A program made the position numbers and the translations under genes. A model generated the notes under the pieces. The model had not been told where the DNA came from. It worked only from the letters and a program-made list of their open reading frames with translations, and made no database searches. Below, piece by piece: positions 18,487 through 28,771 of a stretch of DNA of 64,000 bases (its first letter is position 1; each line of letters begins with the position of its first letter). Source of the stretch: Leptonemataceae bacterium (GTDB taxonomy: Bacteria; Spirochaetota; Leptospiria; Leptospirales; Leptonemataceae); NCBI GenBank assembly GCA_965227295.1, contig OZ245742.1, positions 768,001 through 832,000 on the forward strand. The letters run 5' to 3'.

Positions 18487-21477
18487 GTGCTCACCTACAA
18501 CCAGTACTGGGGCAAAGCCCGCCCGTCTTCGAAACAGAAGGCCTCATACCACCTCCTCCCCCACCACTCCCTCGACGTGGCCGCATGCGGCGCGGTGCTC
18601 CTCGAACAGCGCCCGCGCCTCCTCGAACTCCTCGTCCACCAGAGCGATCTCCCCGCAAACGTCATCCGCGAACTAATCCCATACTATCTAACCATACACG
18701 ACCTCGGCAAATTCGCCCTCCCCTTCCAGGCCCTGGCACCGGATACGCTGCAAACCCTGAGCAATCGACAAACCGACCGCAAATACACCGTCCGCCACGA
18801 CCACCTCGGCTTTCTCGTCTGGCGCAAACGAATCCGCAAACTACAGCTCGCTAACTGGCAGCAAAAAGAAGTCTGCACCGCAGAAAACGCAAGCATCCTG
18901 CGCAACATCATAGACCCCGCCGTCATCGCGGTCACCGGCCACCACGGCCGCCCGTCGAACTACCCGCACAATTCTCAGGGGGAAGCATTCCTCGAAGACC
19001 ACTTCACCACCGAAGACATCGAGGCCGCCCTCGCATTCACCCTCGCCGCGTCCGACCTGCACCTCGACGCCACATACGAATACTTCCGAACAACGCTGCG
19101 CAACCACGCATCACAACCCGAAGCCATCCAACGCCGACACCGGCGACTCTCGCACTGGATCGCCGGCCTCGGTGTGCTGTGCGATTGGCTCGGCTCCCAG
19201 GCCGACGCATACTTTCCCTACAACGCGCAGGCCGCGTCATCTCTCGCCGAATACTATCACGAAGACGCCCTGCCCCGCGCCCGTGATGCCGTCCCGCACG
19301 CCGGCCTCGCCCCGGCTCCGGCGCGCGCGCTCACTTCGTTTGCGTACCTGTTTCCCGCGCTCCGGCGCCCCACCCCGCTCCAGCACGCTGCCGAAACCAT
19401 CCCGCTCCCCGCGGAACCGCAGCTCTTCGTCATCGAGGACAGCACCGGCTCCGGCAAAACCGAAGCGGCCGGCATGTTCATCCATCGCCTGCTCGCCGCC
19501 GGACTGGCCGACGGCCTGTACTTTGCCCTGCCCACCACCGCCACGGCCGATGCCATGTACACGCGCTTTACCGGCGCCGACGAATCCCTGCATAGTTTCT
19601 ATCGCAAGCTGTTTGCCGATGAAAGTTACCCGTCGATCGTCCTGGCACATAGCTGGAGTCGCCTGCATTCGGGCTTTCTCAGAACGATCATCACCCCGCC
19701 GGAGAATCTGCTCGCCGACCAGGGCGAAACCTACGGTGCCGACGACACCGGCGCCACGGCGTTCTGCAACATCTGGTTCACCGACCAGCGTAAGAAGGCG
19801 CTCCTGGCCGACGCCGGCATCGGCACCGTCGACCAGGCGTTGCTCGCCGTCCTGCAGGCGAAGCACCACGCCCTCCGTCTCATCGGACTCACCCGCAAGG
19901 TCCTCATCGTCGACGAGGTCCACGCCTACGATCCGTACATGCACCACACGCTCCGTCGACTGCTCCACTTTCACGGAGCCGGCGGAGGATCGGCCATCCT
20001 GCTCTCGGCCACCCTGCCCGCCCGCGACCGGAACGAGTTAATTGAAAGCTATCAAAGCGGACTGCGCATCTACCAGGAACTTCCGGAGCAGGAAGATGAT
20101 CCCGCCGATCCGCAAGACGATGCGGCCACCGCCGCTAAACATCCGGCGAGCGTACCTTACCCGCTGCTCACGCGGGCCGGCGCGTCCGGAATTCGCGAGT
20201 ATGCCGTAGAAACCACGTCGCGCAGTCGCCGCCGCGTGCGCATCAGGCGTATCCCCAATGCCGACGCGGCGCTCGATCACGTCCTCGAACAGGCCGCCCA
20301 GGGCAAATGCGTCTGCTGGATACGCAACACCGTCAACGACGCCATCGAAGCCTACGAACAACTACGCGCCCGCACGGAAAGAGCCGCACACACCACGGCC
20401 TTCCATACACCACCGGACATCCTCTTTCACGCGCGCTTCGCTCTCGGCGATCGACTCGCGATCGAACGCCGGGTCCTGGCATCCTTCGGCAAGACGAGCA
20501 CGGCCACAGCACGCCGCGGACGCATCGTCATCGCCACGCCCGTGGTCGAACAATCCCTCGATCTCGACTTCGACGTCCTGCTTTCCGATCTCGCGCCCAT
20601 CGATCTACTATTACAACGCCTCGGCCGCTTGCGCCGGCACCAACGCGACGCAGGCGGCAACCCACTCGCCACGGACAGCGACGACGGTCGCGGCGAAATC
20701 GAGTTCGCCGTGGTATCACCCGACCCGATCGACGAACCGTCGCCCGCATGGTACAAAGCCGACTTTCCCCGCGCCGAATACGTGTATCGCGACACGGGCC
20801 GCTTATGGCTCTCCGCCCGCGCCCTCTTCGAGCGCGGCGAACTACACATGCCGGACGATTCGCGTGCGCTCATCGAAGAAGTCTACGGACCCGGATCGCA
20901 CGAACGCATCCCGCCAGGCTTACGTGCGGCATCCGAAAAGGTACGCGGCAAAGCCGCCGCGGATCGCAGCACGGCCGATCACAATACCCTCGATCTGGAT
21001 ACCGGCTACAAAGTTGCGTACGGCGAAACTTACGCGGACGACTACCGCTCCCCCTCGCGTCTCGGCGAACCCACCGTGCGACTCTACCTCGCGCGCTACG
21101 ACAGCAAACAGCGGCGCCTGGCACCGTGGATTCAACCGGAAGCAGTGGATGATTCACAAACAACACAGCAAGATGCGGCAACCCAACAACGCCTCGCCGC
21201 GCTCCATGCGTGGGAGTTGAGCACGGTAACGGTGGCCACCCGCAAAATCGCCGGCCAGGCGCAGCCGGAACATCCCGAACATGCGCAGGCCCTGGCCGCG
21301 TGGAAAGAGTCCCGCCCGGATCGCGGTCGCTACAGCCCGGTCATTCTTCTTGAACCCGATGTCGCCACAAATCCCACCGCGGACCCGACCGGCGAATGGA
21401 CCGGCCAGGCCCGCAATGAAAAAGGCAGCCTGGTCCAGGTCCGCTACTCGGCGGAACTGGGGCTGCGGGTAGATTGA
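18487..21477 (+). CDS. cas3: Cas3 HD nuclease-helicase
   Basis: YWGKA, HSLDVAA, HDLGK, TGSGKTEA, DEVHAYD, LSATLP, QRLGRLRRH. Confidence 0.97.
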   Translation: MLTYNQYWGKARPSSKQKASYHLLPHHSLDVAACGAVLLEQRPRLLELLVHQSDLPANVIRELIPYYLTIHDLGKFALPFQALAPDTLQTLSNRQTDRKYTVRHDHLGFLVWRKRIRKLQLANWQQKEVCTAENASILRNIIDPAVIAVTGHHGRPSNYPHNSQGEAFLEDHFTTEDIEAALAFTLAASDLHLDATYEYFRTTLRNHASQPEAIQRRHRRLSHWIAGLGVLCDWLGSQADAYFPYNAQAASSLAEYYHEDALPRARDAVPHAGLAPAPARALTSFAYLFPALRRPTPLQHAAETIPLPAEPQLFVIEDSTGSGKTEAAGMFIHRLLAAGLADGLYFALPTTATADAMYTRFTGADESLHSFYRKLFADESYPSIVLAHSWSRLHSGFLRTIITPPENLLADQGETYGADDTGATAFCNIWFTDQRKKALLADAGIGTVDQALLAVLQAKHHALRLIGLTRKVLIVDEVHAYDPYMHHTLRRLLHFHGAGGGSAILLSATLPARDRNELIESYQSGLRIYQELPEQEDDPADPQDDAATAAKHPASVPYPLLTRAGASGIREYAVETTSRSRRRVRIRRIPNADAALDHVLEQAAQGKCVCWIRNTVNDAIEAYEQLRARTERAAHTTAFHTPPDILFHARFALGDRLAIERRVLASFGKTSTATARRGRIVIATPVVEQSLDLDFDVLLSDLAPIDLLLQRLGRLRRHQRDAGGNPLATDSDDGRGEIEFAVVSPDPIDEPSPAWYKADFPRAEYVYRDTGRLWLSARALFERGELHMPDDSRALIEEVYGPGSHERIPPGLRAASEKVRGKAAADRSTADHNTLDLDTGYKVAYGETYADDYRSPSRLGEPTVRLYLARYDSKQRRLAPWIQPEAVDDSQTTQQDAATQQRLAALHAWELSTVTVATRKIAGQAQPEHPEHAQALAAWKESRPDRGRYSPVILLEPDVATNPTADPTGEWTGQARNEKGSLVQVRYSAELGLRVD

Positions 21478-21565
21478 TCCCCACTTACGTGGGGAAGGAA
21501 AACGCACACGGAACACGTATGCGGAACATTCCCGGTGGATTCCCGAGAATGGACATGTTTTCTCG
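21471..21565. repeat. CRISPR repeat-like mini-array (pseudo-repeat, 33-nt pseudo-spacer, partial pseudo-repeat)
   Basis: Stem CCCCAC-TTAC-GTGGGG at 21479-21494; minus strand reads ...GGGAATCCACCG [33 nt] TCCTTCCCCACGTAAGTGGGGATCAATCT. Confidence 0.65.
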
Positions 21566-21642
21566 ACCAGGCCCAAAGCTCAATTCATCGTCCTTGGGCA
21601 CGTCCTTCATTACACAGAACACATATGCTTTGATTTTTTTCA

Positions 21643-21671
21643 TTGACATTGCCGACAAGGCGGGTTAATAT
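21643..21671 (+). promoter_or_regulatory. Sigma70-type promoter upstream of the small ORF and Cascade operon
   Basis: TTGACA-17 bp-TAATAT with an AT tract upstream. Confidence 0.75.
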
Positions 21672-21699
21672 CCCCGAAAGAACCGACAAGGAGCGCTCC

Positions 21700-21825
21700 A
21701 TGAAAATCGAATCCGATGTATATTCCTTAGTAAGGCTTCCGGAACGAGGAATTATTCTCATCATTAGACAAAATCAGATAGTAGTGCTAAGGGACTATCG
21801 TATCGTGCGCCACATTAACCTGTAG
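21700..21825 (+). CDS. 41-aa small ORF ahead of cas8e
   Basis: AAGGAG RBS at 21688-21693, ATG at 21700, AT-rich; stops 6 nt before the cas8e GTG. Confidence 0.55.
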   Translation: MKIESDVYSLVRLPERGIILIIRQNQIVVLRDYRIVRHINL

Positions 21826-21831
21826 TCGACC

Positions 21832-23508
21832 GTGTCCCAACTATCCTTCCACTTACTCGATGACCCCTGGCTCCCCGTCCGCCGCAGCAGCGGCGCCGAG
21901 ACCTGGATCACCCCCGCGGACATCACGTCCAATCCCGGCAATGATCCGGTCGTCGCCCTGGCGAGTCCGCGGCCGGACTTCGACGGCGCGCTGCTACAGT
22001 TTCTAATCGCACTGCTGCAATCCACCTGTGCGCCGACGTCATCCCAGGAGTGGCTCAAACGATTCGTAGATCCGCCCTCCCCCGGTGAACTACGAGAACT
22101 CTTCGCCGTAGACGAATCAGCCTTTGCCTTCGCGGGCGAAAAACTACCCTCGCGCTTCTTACAAGACGTCGAACTCGCCTTCGATCCCGACGACGCCGTG
22201 CCCATCGCCGGCCTGCTCATTGATTCCCCGGGCGCGAAGACCCTCAAGGACAACGCCGATCATTTCGTAAAGCGCGACCGCGTGAACGGACTGTGCGCGG
22301 CCTGCACAGCGACAGCCCTGTTCACGTTGCAAACGAACGCACCCTCCGGCGGCGTCGGCCATCGCACCTCACTGCGCGGCGGCGGACCACTGACGACTCT
22401 GCTCACTCTCGATCCGGCAACGACCTTACCGAACACACAGCGCCCCACACTCTGGCACGATCTCTGGTTGAACGTCCTGCCGCTGGCCCCCAGGGATGCG
22501 GGCCGGCGCACATCCAAAACGAAACGCGCAGACATCTATCCCTGGCTCGCTCCCACGCGCACCAGCGACAAGAGCGGCGTGCTCACCACGCCCGATGATG
22601 TCCACGCTCTACAAATGTACTGGAACATGCCCCGGCGCATCGTCTTCGATCCGGAGACGACGCCCGGCGATTGCGATCTCTGCGGGCGCAAAGATGAACT
22701 CTATACACGTTACGCGACGAAAAACTACGGCACGAACTACAGCGAAGGTTTTCGACATCCGCTCAGCCCGCACTACAAAGACGAGAAGACCGGCGCCACA
22801 TCACCCCTGCACCCCCAGCCGGGCGGCATGACGTATCGCTACTGGCTGCGACTCATGCTTCCGACAAAAGAAGCCAACAATCTGCCCGCGCATGTCGTCA
22901 CGGCCTTCGAAGGCCGGCGGCAGGACGGTGATCTGGAGGACATAGACGATCTCGATTATCTGCTCTACGCCTTCGGCTACGACATGGACAACATGAAAGC
23001 CCGCGCATACTACGAGGCGCGCATGCCGGTCCTGTTTGTATCCAAAGACGTTCGTGAAGTATTCGCGCGTCTGGTCGCGGACATGTTGAACGGAGCGAAT
23101 CAGTTCGCCGGCAATACCCGCAACGCCGTAAAGCAGGCCTGGTTTCGCCGGCCCCAGGACGTCCGCGGCAATGCCGACTTCATTCGCGATGAATTCATCC
23201 AGGCTACCGAAACCGGATTCTACGATCATCTCCACCGGCTGAAGCAGCAGGGCGAAGATGGCCGAACGGTCCTCACGGAATGGCACGCGCATCTACATCG
23301 CGCGTCTCTCGCGACGTTTCACAAATACGCTCCGCCGCCCCAGGCCCGCTCCCGGCACATGCAGCGCTACGTCGAAGCGATCCGCTTTCTCTTGATGTGC
23401 AACTATTCGAAGAAGCTCAAAAACTTGCTCAACGTTCCCGAGAAAAAGTTCGTCCCACCGGAGGACGCAATCGAAGGCATCGCACGGGAGGACGCATTAC
23501 ATGCATAA
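21832..23508 (+). CDS. casA: Cascade large subunit Cas8e/Cse1
   Basis: LLDDPWLPV, RPDF, NADHFVKR, APSGGVGHRTSLRGGGPLTTL, WNMPRRI. Confidence 0.95.
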   Translation: MSQLSFHLLDDPWLPVRRSSGAETWITPADITSNPGNDPVVALASPRPDFDGALLQFLIALLQSTCAPTSSQEWLKRFVDPPSPGELRELFAVDESAFAFAGEKLPSRFLQDVELAFDPDDAVPIAGLLIDSPGAKTLKDNADHFVKRDRVNGLCAACTATALFTLQTNAPSGGVGHRTSLRGGGPLTTLLTLDPATTLPNTQRPTLWHDLWLNVLPLAPRDAGRRTSKTKRADIYPWLAPTRTSDKSGVLTTPDDVHALQMYWNMPRRIVFDPETTPGDCDLCGRKDELYTRYATKNYGTNYSEGFRHPLSPHYKDEKTGATSPLHPQPGGMTYRYWLRLMLPTKEANNLPAHVVTAFEGRRQDGDLEDIDDLDYLLYAFGYDMDNMKARAYYEARMPVLFVSKDVREVFARLVADMLNGANQFAGNTRNAVKQAWFRRPQDVRGNADFIRDEFIQATETGFYDHLHRLKQQGEDGRTVLTEWHAHLHRASLATFHKYAPPPQARSRHMQRYVEAIRFLLMCNYSKKLKNLLNVPEKKFVPPEDAIEGIAREDALHA

Positions 23509-24133
23509 CGACAACCCATTCGAACGCCTGGAGGTCGCCAGGCAATTCGCCGGGCTGCTTGAGCGCGTCAACGAATCACGCGGTGATCGTGCGATGCTCC
23601 GGCGCTGTCGCGATCCGCACGAAGTTCTCGGCACGCGCATGTTCGCGGAATACTCGCGCCGTCTTCTCGGCAAGGAATTCCCGGAACTCATCAACAATCC
23701 CCCCGAGGACCACCAGCTCGGCATGGCCGCCGCTATCGGCCTGCTGGGTCATGTACGCCGAAACCGTGTCGTTCGGTTTTCGTACGCTGTGGACTTTCGC
23801 TCCCGCTTCGCCGCACAGTTAGGGAAAGGACCGGAAGATTCACGACCACGCCTGAGCGAATTGCGTTTCCGCCGTCTGGTAGCCTGCCAGGACCGCATCA
23901 CCCTCTATCCTCAAATCATTCGCGCCATCCATCAACTCGGCGATAGCGTCGACCTCGTCAGTCTCGCCGGGGCCCTGTACGACTGGCGACCGGGTGCGAC
24001 CGGTGATCCGCTGCGGCGACGCTGGTCATACGCATACTACAGTACCTTCACCGAAAACTATCCCACATCCTTCCAGGAAGGCAGCCCCGGACCTGCCGGA
24101 AATACAACGGACTCAACGGAGAACACCGAATGA
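23501..24133 (+). CDS. casB: Cascade small subunit Cse2/Cas11
   Basis: RGDRAMLRRC, LSELRFRRL, RRWSYAYY. Confidence 0.93.
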   Translation: MHNDNPFERLEVARQFAGLLERVNESRGDRAMLRRCRDPHEVLGTRMFAEYSRRLLGKEFPELINNPPEDHQLGMAAAIGLLGHVRRNRVVRFSYAVDFRSRFAAQLGKGPEDSRPRLSELRFRRLVACQDRITLYPQIIRAIHQLGDSVDLVSLAGALYDWRPGATGDPLRRRWSYAYYSTFTENYPTSFQEGSPGPAGNTTDSTENTE

Positions 24134-25257
24134 AACGCTTCTTACAACTACACATCCTCACGAGCTATCCGCCATCGAACGTCAACCGTGACGATCTCGG
24201 CCGGCCGAAGACCGCCGTAATGGGCGGCCGGGAGCGGTTACGCATATCCTCACAAAGCCTCAAGCGCGCGTGGCGGACCTCGGAAGTCTTCGAAGCGGCG
24301 GTCGCGCAGGAGCATCGCGGTGTGCGCACGAAAGAACTCGGCAAGCAGGTATACTCTAAGCTTCTCGAAGAAGGCGTCAAAGAAAAGGACGCGCGCGAGT
24401 GGGCCCGAGACGTCGCCGGAGTATTCGGAAAGCTGCGTAAGCCCGCGGAATCGAAAAAGTCAAAGAAAGACGATTCCGAAAAAACGAGCCAGCGCAAAGA
24501 ACTACAGGACCTGGAGATCGAACAACTGGTGCACGTCGGCCAACCCGAACTGGACGCCATCGCGGAACTCATCAACGAATTGGTGAAGCGCGGCAAAGGA
24601 CCGACGGACGAAGACCTCGAGTTACTGCGCAAAGAGACCCACGCCGCGGACATCGCCCTCTTCGGACGCATGCTGGCATCCTCGCCTAACTACAACGTCG
24701 AAGCGGCGGCCCAGGTCGCCCACGCGCTCACCGTGCATTCGGTCGCCGTCGAGGACGACTTCTTCTCCGCGGTCGATGATTTGAATCGCGGCGACGAAGA
24801 CAGAGGCGCCGGCCACCTCGGCAGCACCGAATTCGCGGCGGGTCTGTTCTATCTCTACATCTGCATCGATCGCAATCTATTGCAAGACAACCTGCGCAAC
24901 GACGGCCAGGTAGACCCCACCGCTGCGGAACAGGCCATCCGCGGCCTCGTCGAAGCCGCCGCCACGATTCCGCCCGGCGGCAAACAGAACTCGTTCGGCA
25001 GCCGCGTCTACGCCTCGCGTGTGCTCGCCGAAAAAGGCGACGGCCAGCCGCGCTCGCTATCGGTGGCGTATCTTCGTCCCGTAAACGAGGCGGCCCATAA
25101 CGAAGATCTTCTCGCCGACGCAATACAGGCCATGGACCAAACGCGAGAAGATTTCGAACGCGCCTACGGACCTACCACCGCCGCACCCTACAATCTCGAC
25201 GTGCCCGGCCGCAAAGGTACGCTCGCCGAACTCTTAGACTATTGCGTAAGCGAATGA
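24130..25257 (+). CDS. casC: Cas7/Cse4
   Basis: YPPSNVNRDDLGRPKT, RISSQSLKRAWR, DIALFGRMLA. Confidence 0.97.
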   Translation: MKRFLQLHILTSYPPSNVNRDDLGRPKTAVMGGRERLRISSQSLKRAWRTSEVFEAAVAQEHRGVRTKELGKQVYSKLLEEGVKEKDAREWARDVAGVFGKLRKPAESKKSKKDDSEKTSQRKELQDLEIEQLVHVGQPELDAIAELINELVKRGKGPTDEDLELLRKETHAADIALFGRMLASSPNYNVEAAAQVAHALTVHSVAVEDDFFSAVDDLNRGDEDRGAGHLGSTEFAAGLFYLYICIDRNLLQDNLRNDGQVDPTAAEQAIRGLVEAAATIPPGGKQNSFGSRVYASRVLAEKGDGQPRSLSVAYLRPVNEAAHNEDLLADAIQAMDQTREDFERAYGPTTAAPYNLDVPGRKGTLAELLDYCVSE

Positions 25258-25276
25258 GCACAGCAGACGATCATCG

Positions 25277-26059
25277 ATGAGCAAGAACCGCGCATATCTA
25301 CTCTTTCGTCTCTATGGACCGCTCGCCTCGTTCGGAGACACGGCCGTCGGAGAGTACCGTCCGACCTACGACCGCCCCTCGAAGTCCGCGGTGCTGGGCC
25401 TCGTCGCGGCGGCGCTGGGCATCCGTCGCGACGAGATCGGTGTTCACGAAAGCCTGGAGCGACAGTTAGGCTTCGGCGTGCGGGTGGAATCCGCCGGCAT
25501 GTTGATGCGTGACTTTCACACCAGCCAGGTCCCGCCGGCACGACTGCATCGCATCTATCCCACGCGACGCACAGAGTTGCTTTCATCGGATCTTACAACC
25601 ATCCTGTCCACGCGCGACTATCGCTGCGACGCGCTGTATCACGTCGCACTCTGGCACGTGCCCGGCCAGACGAAAAAACTCGTGGCATCACTCGAAGACA
25701 TTCAGCAAGCGTTACGGCAACCGAAGTTTACACTCTATCTCGGACGCAAATCATGTCCGCTCGCCTTCCCGCTCGCTCCGCAACTCGTCGAAGCACGCAA
25801 TCTTCGATCGGCTTTCCACAATGCCGGGACAAAGAATACGGCGGACTCCGCACAAGAACAGCTCCTGCAGCAATTGAAGCGCGGTCTGCGCATTCGCAAT
25901 AGCGAACGAGCACGAATCTATTGGGAAGGCGACGACTCGGGTTTCCAGGCGCATACCGCGGCACAGCGCCGCGACCGCGTCACGAATCGACAACGCCAGC
26001 AGTTCGGCAACCGCACGGAGTACCAGGGCCTCGACGACACCGCAGGGGACGCAGACTGA
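25277..26059 (+). CDS. casD: Cas5e
   Basis: LYGPLASFG, PSKSAVLGLVAAALG, LYLGRKSCP. Confidence 0.96.
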   Translation: MSKNRAYLLFRLYGPLASFGDTAVGEYRPTYDRPSKSAVLGLVAAALGIRRDEIGVHESLERQLGFGVRVESAGMLMRDFHTSQVPPARLHRIYPTRRTELLSSDLTTILSTRDYRCDALYHVALWHVPGQTKKLVASLEDIQQALRQPKFTLYLGRKSCPLAFPLAPQLVEARNLRSAFHNAGTKNTADSAQEQLLQQLKRGLRIRNSERARIYWEGDDSGFQAHTAAQRRDRVTNRQRQQFGNRTEYQGLDDTAGDAD

Positions 26060-26748
26060 TGTACTTCAGTAAGATCGAAGTTCCGCCCCCCGGCTTCGGC
26101 CGTCCTCTGCCGTTGGGAGATCCCTACAGCGTCCACCAATCGATGTGGGCCCTCTTCCCCGAAGATCCCAATGCGCAGCGCGATTTTCTGTATCGCCAGT
26201 TGGATGATTCCGCGCGATCTTTTTACGTAGTCTCCGCACGTCGCCCGCAAGCTACCAGCGCACTCCCGTGGCAGATCCGCACAAAACAATACGATCCTCG
26301 CGTCTCGTCCGGACAACGACTCTGGTTCGAAGTCCGCGTCAATCCCACGGTGACACGCTCAGACGGCAGCCGACAACAGCGCCACGACTACGTCATCGAT
26401 TACAAAAAACGCCTGGAAAGCACGGCCGAAGCCGAACTCCCGTCCCCCGGCCGATTGCTACACGACGCCGCGTGTGAGTGGTTGGACAAACGCTGTGAGT
26501 CTCACGGCTTTACGTTCGAATCGCACGCGCTACGCGTACAAGATCGCGATTATCTTAAGTTTAAGAAGGGCTCAGCTTCGCCCGAAGTCACCATCGGCAC
26601 ACTCGATCTGGCCGGCCTGCTCACGGTCCAGGACCCGCAGCGCTTTCGCGAAACTCTCTATAACGGCATTGGTCGCTCTCGTAGCTTCGGCTGTGGTTTG
26701 CTGCTGGTCCGGCGTTCGGGGGGCCCGGGGATACACTCTTTACTTTAG
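26059..26748 (+). CDS. casE: Cas6e/Cse3
   Basis: Start MYFS at 26059; HQSMWALF, RDFLYR and the Gly-rich loop GIGRSRSFGCGLLL. Confidence 0.95.
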   Translation: MYFSKIEVPPPGFGRPLPLGDPYSVHQSMWALFPEDPNAQRDFLYRQLDDSARSFYVVSARRPQATSALPWQIRTKQYDPRVSSGQRLWFEVRVNPTVTRSDGSRQQRHDYVIDYKKRLESTAEAELPSPGRLLHDAACEWLDKRCESHGFTFESHALRVQDRDYLKFKKGSASPEVTIGTLDLAGLLTVQDPQRFRETLYNGIGRSRSFGCGLLLVRRSGGPGIHSLL

Positions 26749-27096
26749 CGGGGGCGTTGTTGGTCGGCGAATACGGCAGTCCCGACGATCAGCCGGCCAC
26801 CGAACCGCCGCGGTCCGTCTTTTTTCCGGCGGGATATGTCACCGATCCCCGGGAGGATTTGAATCCGGAGACGAGCGTGCGGTTACATTTTTTTTGGCAT
26901 AGATTAATGTAGCGAAGGTGAATTGCGTCTTACAAAATGTGGAGCTTTCTGCCGCCGCCCCGAAAACCAACGCAACCGCCCCGCCCCACAAGCGTCAGCG
27001 ATTGGAGCGATGGCCGAAGGCCAGGGGGTGACTAAAAAGTCCGCGGGAAATACAACGTGCCATATTTTGACAGTTTTGCGGCGAAGCCGCTCTTGG

Positions 27097-27256
27097 CGCC
27101 AGGGATCGGAAGGGTTGCGCCGACAGGCGCAAGTCCGGAGCACAGCGGAGGACCGCAGGCGAAGCCGGACGCCGACAAGGCTCCGCTCGTCGGAGCCGCG
27201 TCAGTTGGCTTCCCCTCTGGAGAGCCCGGTCGCCGCGCAAGCGGCGAGGCGCCCAA
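27097..27256 (+). repeat. Multi-hairpin dispersed repeat, copy 4 (expanded)
   Basis: GCCAGGGATCGGAAGGGT...AGCCCGG-hairpin-GCGCCCAA. Confidence 0.65.
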
Positions 27257-27372
27257 AAGAGCATTTCGGTTTTCTCATGTTTTTCAGTGAGAAATCAATG
27301 TGTTAACTTAAAATAAAACAATATTTGTATGGGCGTTCCCCTCCGTGCTTCGCGCTCGGTGGGGAAGAGAAG

Positions 27373-27404
27373 GAAAGCCGCCCCGACAAGCGGGGCGGCT
27401 TTCC
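27373..27404 (-). terminator. Probable intrinsic terminator
   Basis: GAAAGCCGCCCC-GACAAGC-GGGGCGGCTTTC hairpin at the STAS gene end. Confidence 0.55.
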
Positions 27405-27775
27405 TACCCCTGCACGGACATCACCGCTTCTTCTTCGCTGTCATACACTGCAAAGAACGAAATCAGCTTCGTCAACGTGAGCACGTGCCGGGTGGCCGGG
27501 GAGAGACACGCCAGAGCCAGGCGGCGGTCCTTCTTGCCTAACTGCTGAGAAAATGAAATTAAGGCGCCGACGCCGCTGGAGTAGATCGTCTCGACGTTTT
27601 CCATGTTGATGACGACGTGATTATCCGAAGTTTCGAGACAATCCTGAAGGATGTCGCGCAGGGCCGGCATGTTGTAGATGTCCATGACACCCCAGACCTC
27701 GAAGATCGTGACGCCGTCCTGTTGTCGCTGCTCAATGTCCATGAGTTCGTCGATACTTCGCGCAGTAGACCGCAT
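27404..27775 (-). CDS. STAS-domain anti-sigma factor antagonist (start 27775 or 27742)
   Basis: G-x-MDIYN, VVINMENVETIYSSGVGAL. Confidence 0.85.
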   Translation of the reverse strand: MRSTARSIDELMDIEQRQQDGVTIFEVWGVMDIYNMPALRDILQDCLETSDNHVVINMENVETIYSSGVGALISFSQQLGKKDRRLALACLSPATRHVLTLTKLISFFAVYDSEEEAVMSVQG

Positions 27776-28722
27776 CAGTACAATCGCGTCAAAACAAAAC
27801 CGCGATTTTCGAGCAGTTGCAGCACGCCTTCCTTGCCGGGCAAATGCAGAGCCCCCACGGCCACGAAGGCCCCGCCGGCACGCATGTAGCCGTCCATGCG
27901 ATTGGTCATAACGTGATTGCGATTGTTCAGGAGACGCCGGTGCACGCGGGCCAGCAACGGATTGCCCCGCTCCTGATCCGTCAGGGATTGGACGATGCGC
28001 GCAAGATTTCGTTCGCTGTACGCGCGGATGAGGTCGTCGAGATCGAGATTGCCGCGATTGTCGAGGTCCTGCACGGCCGCGCGGATCAGTGCGACCTGAT
28101 CTTCCCGGGAAAGGCCGTCAAAGATGGCGACCTGTTCATCCACCGTCTCCAGTTCCACCACGAGCATTTCCCGTTCCAGGGCGCGGCGGTAGAGCATGAC
28201 GTCCAGAACCTCGGCTTCGCCCTCGCCCAGGAGGGCGCCGCGTAACACGGCCGATTGCGGCGGCGTGCTGAGGATCATGATCACGGCCCAGGGTTGCATA
28301 AACCGCGCCGCGTCCTCCGGAATGCCGTAATCTTCGAGCAGGTCTTCCGTGCTTTCGTAGAGCGACGGCCCCAGGGCTTCTTCCAGGGTGCGACCGTCCC
28401 GATAAAACATGCGCATGGACAGCCGCGCGAGATTGGCCGGATCCATGGCGATTTCGGGATGAAAAGATTGCGAAGATGTGAAGGCCTGCTCCACCACCGG
28501 CGGCAAATTCGTGACCCGCGGATCGTCCACGTGAATGGTGCCGAAGACAAAGGCCGGTGAAGATTGGCCCGGCGCTTCGATCTTCCAGAGCAGGCCCTGG
28601 CCGTAGGGAATATCCGGTACCGGGGCGGGAACCGGCCGCGGACGTTGCTGCCCGGCGCAGGCGCCCAGAAGAACGAGCGCAAACAACAGCGCGGATCCGG
28701 AAGACGCAAGCCGGCGAGTCAT
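27775..28722 (-). CDS. TraB/GumN family lipoprotein
   Basis: LGAC lipobox; LLWKI, FGTIH, LETVDEQ, RNHVM, VAVGALHL. Confidence 0.92.
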   Translation of the reverse strand: MTRRLASSGSALLFALVLLGACAGQQRPRPVPAPVPDIPYGQGLLWKIEAPGQSSPAFVFGTIHVDDPRVTNLPPVVEQAFTSSQSFHPEIAMDPANLARLSMRMFYRDGRTLEEALGPSLYESTEDLLEDYGIPEDAARFMQPWAVIMILSTPPQSAVLRGALLGEGEAEVLDVMLYRRALEREMLVVELETVDEQVAIFDGLSREDQVALIRAAVQDLDNRGNLDLDDLIRAYSERNLARIVQSLTDQERGNPLLARVHRRLLNNRNHVMTNRMDGYMRAGGAFVAVGALHLPGKEGVLQLLENRGFVLTRLY

Positions 28723-28771
28723 TGGATGAGAATAACAGGTTTCATTCGAACGTCAATTGCTATTGTAGAAG

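Noticed and set aside
25921-26058. N-terminal extension of cas6e in the ORF track
   Set aside because: It overlaps cas5e; ATG 26059 couples with the cas5e stop and gives the typical MYFS start
26749-27090. ORFs or a CRISPR array downstream of cas6e
   Set aside because: No repeats, and the ORFs have no protein-like features
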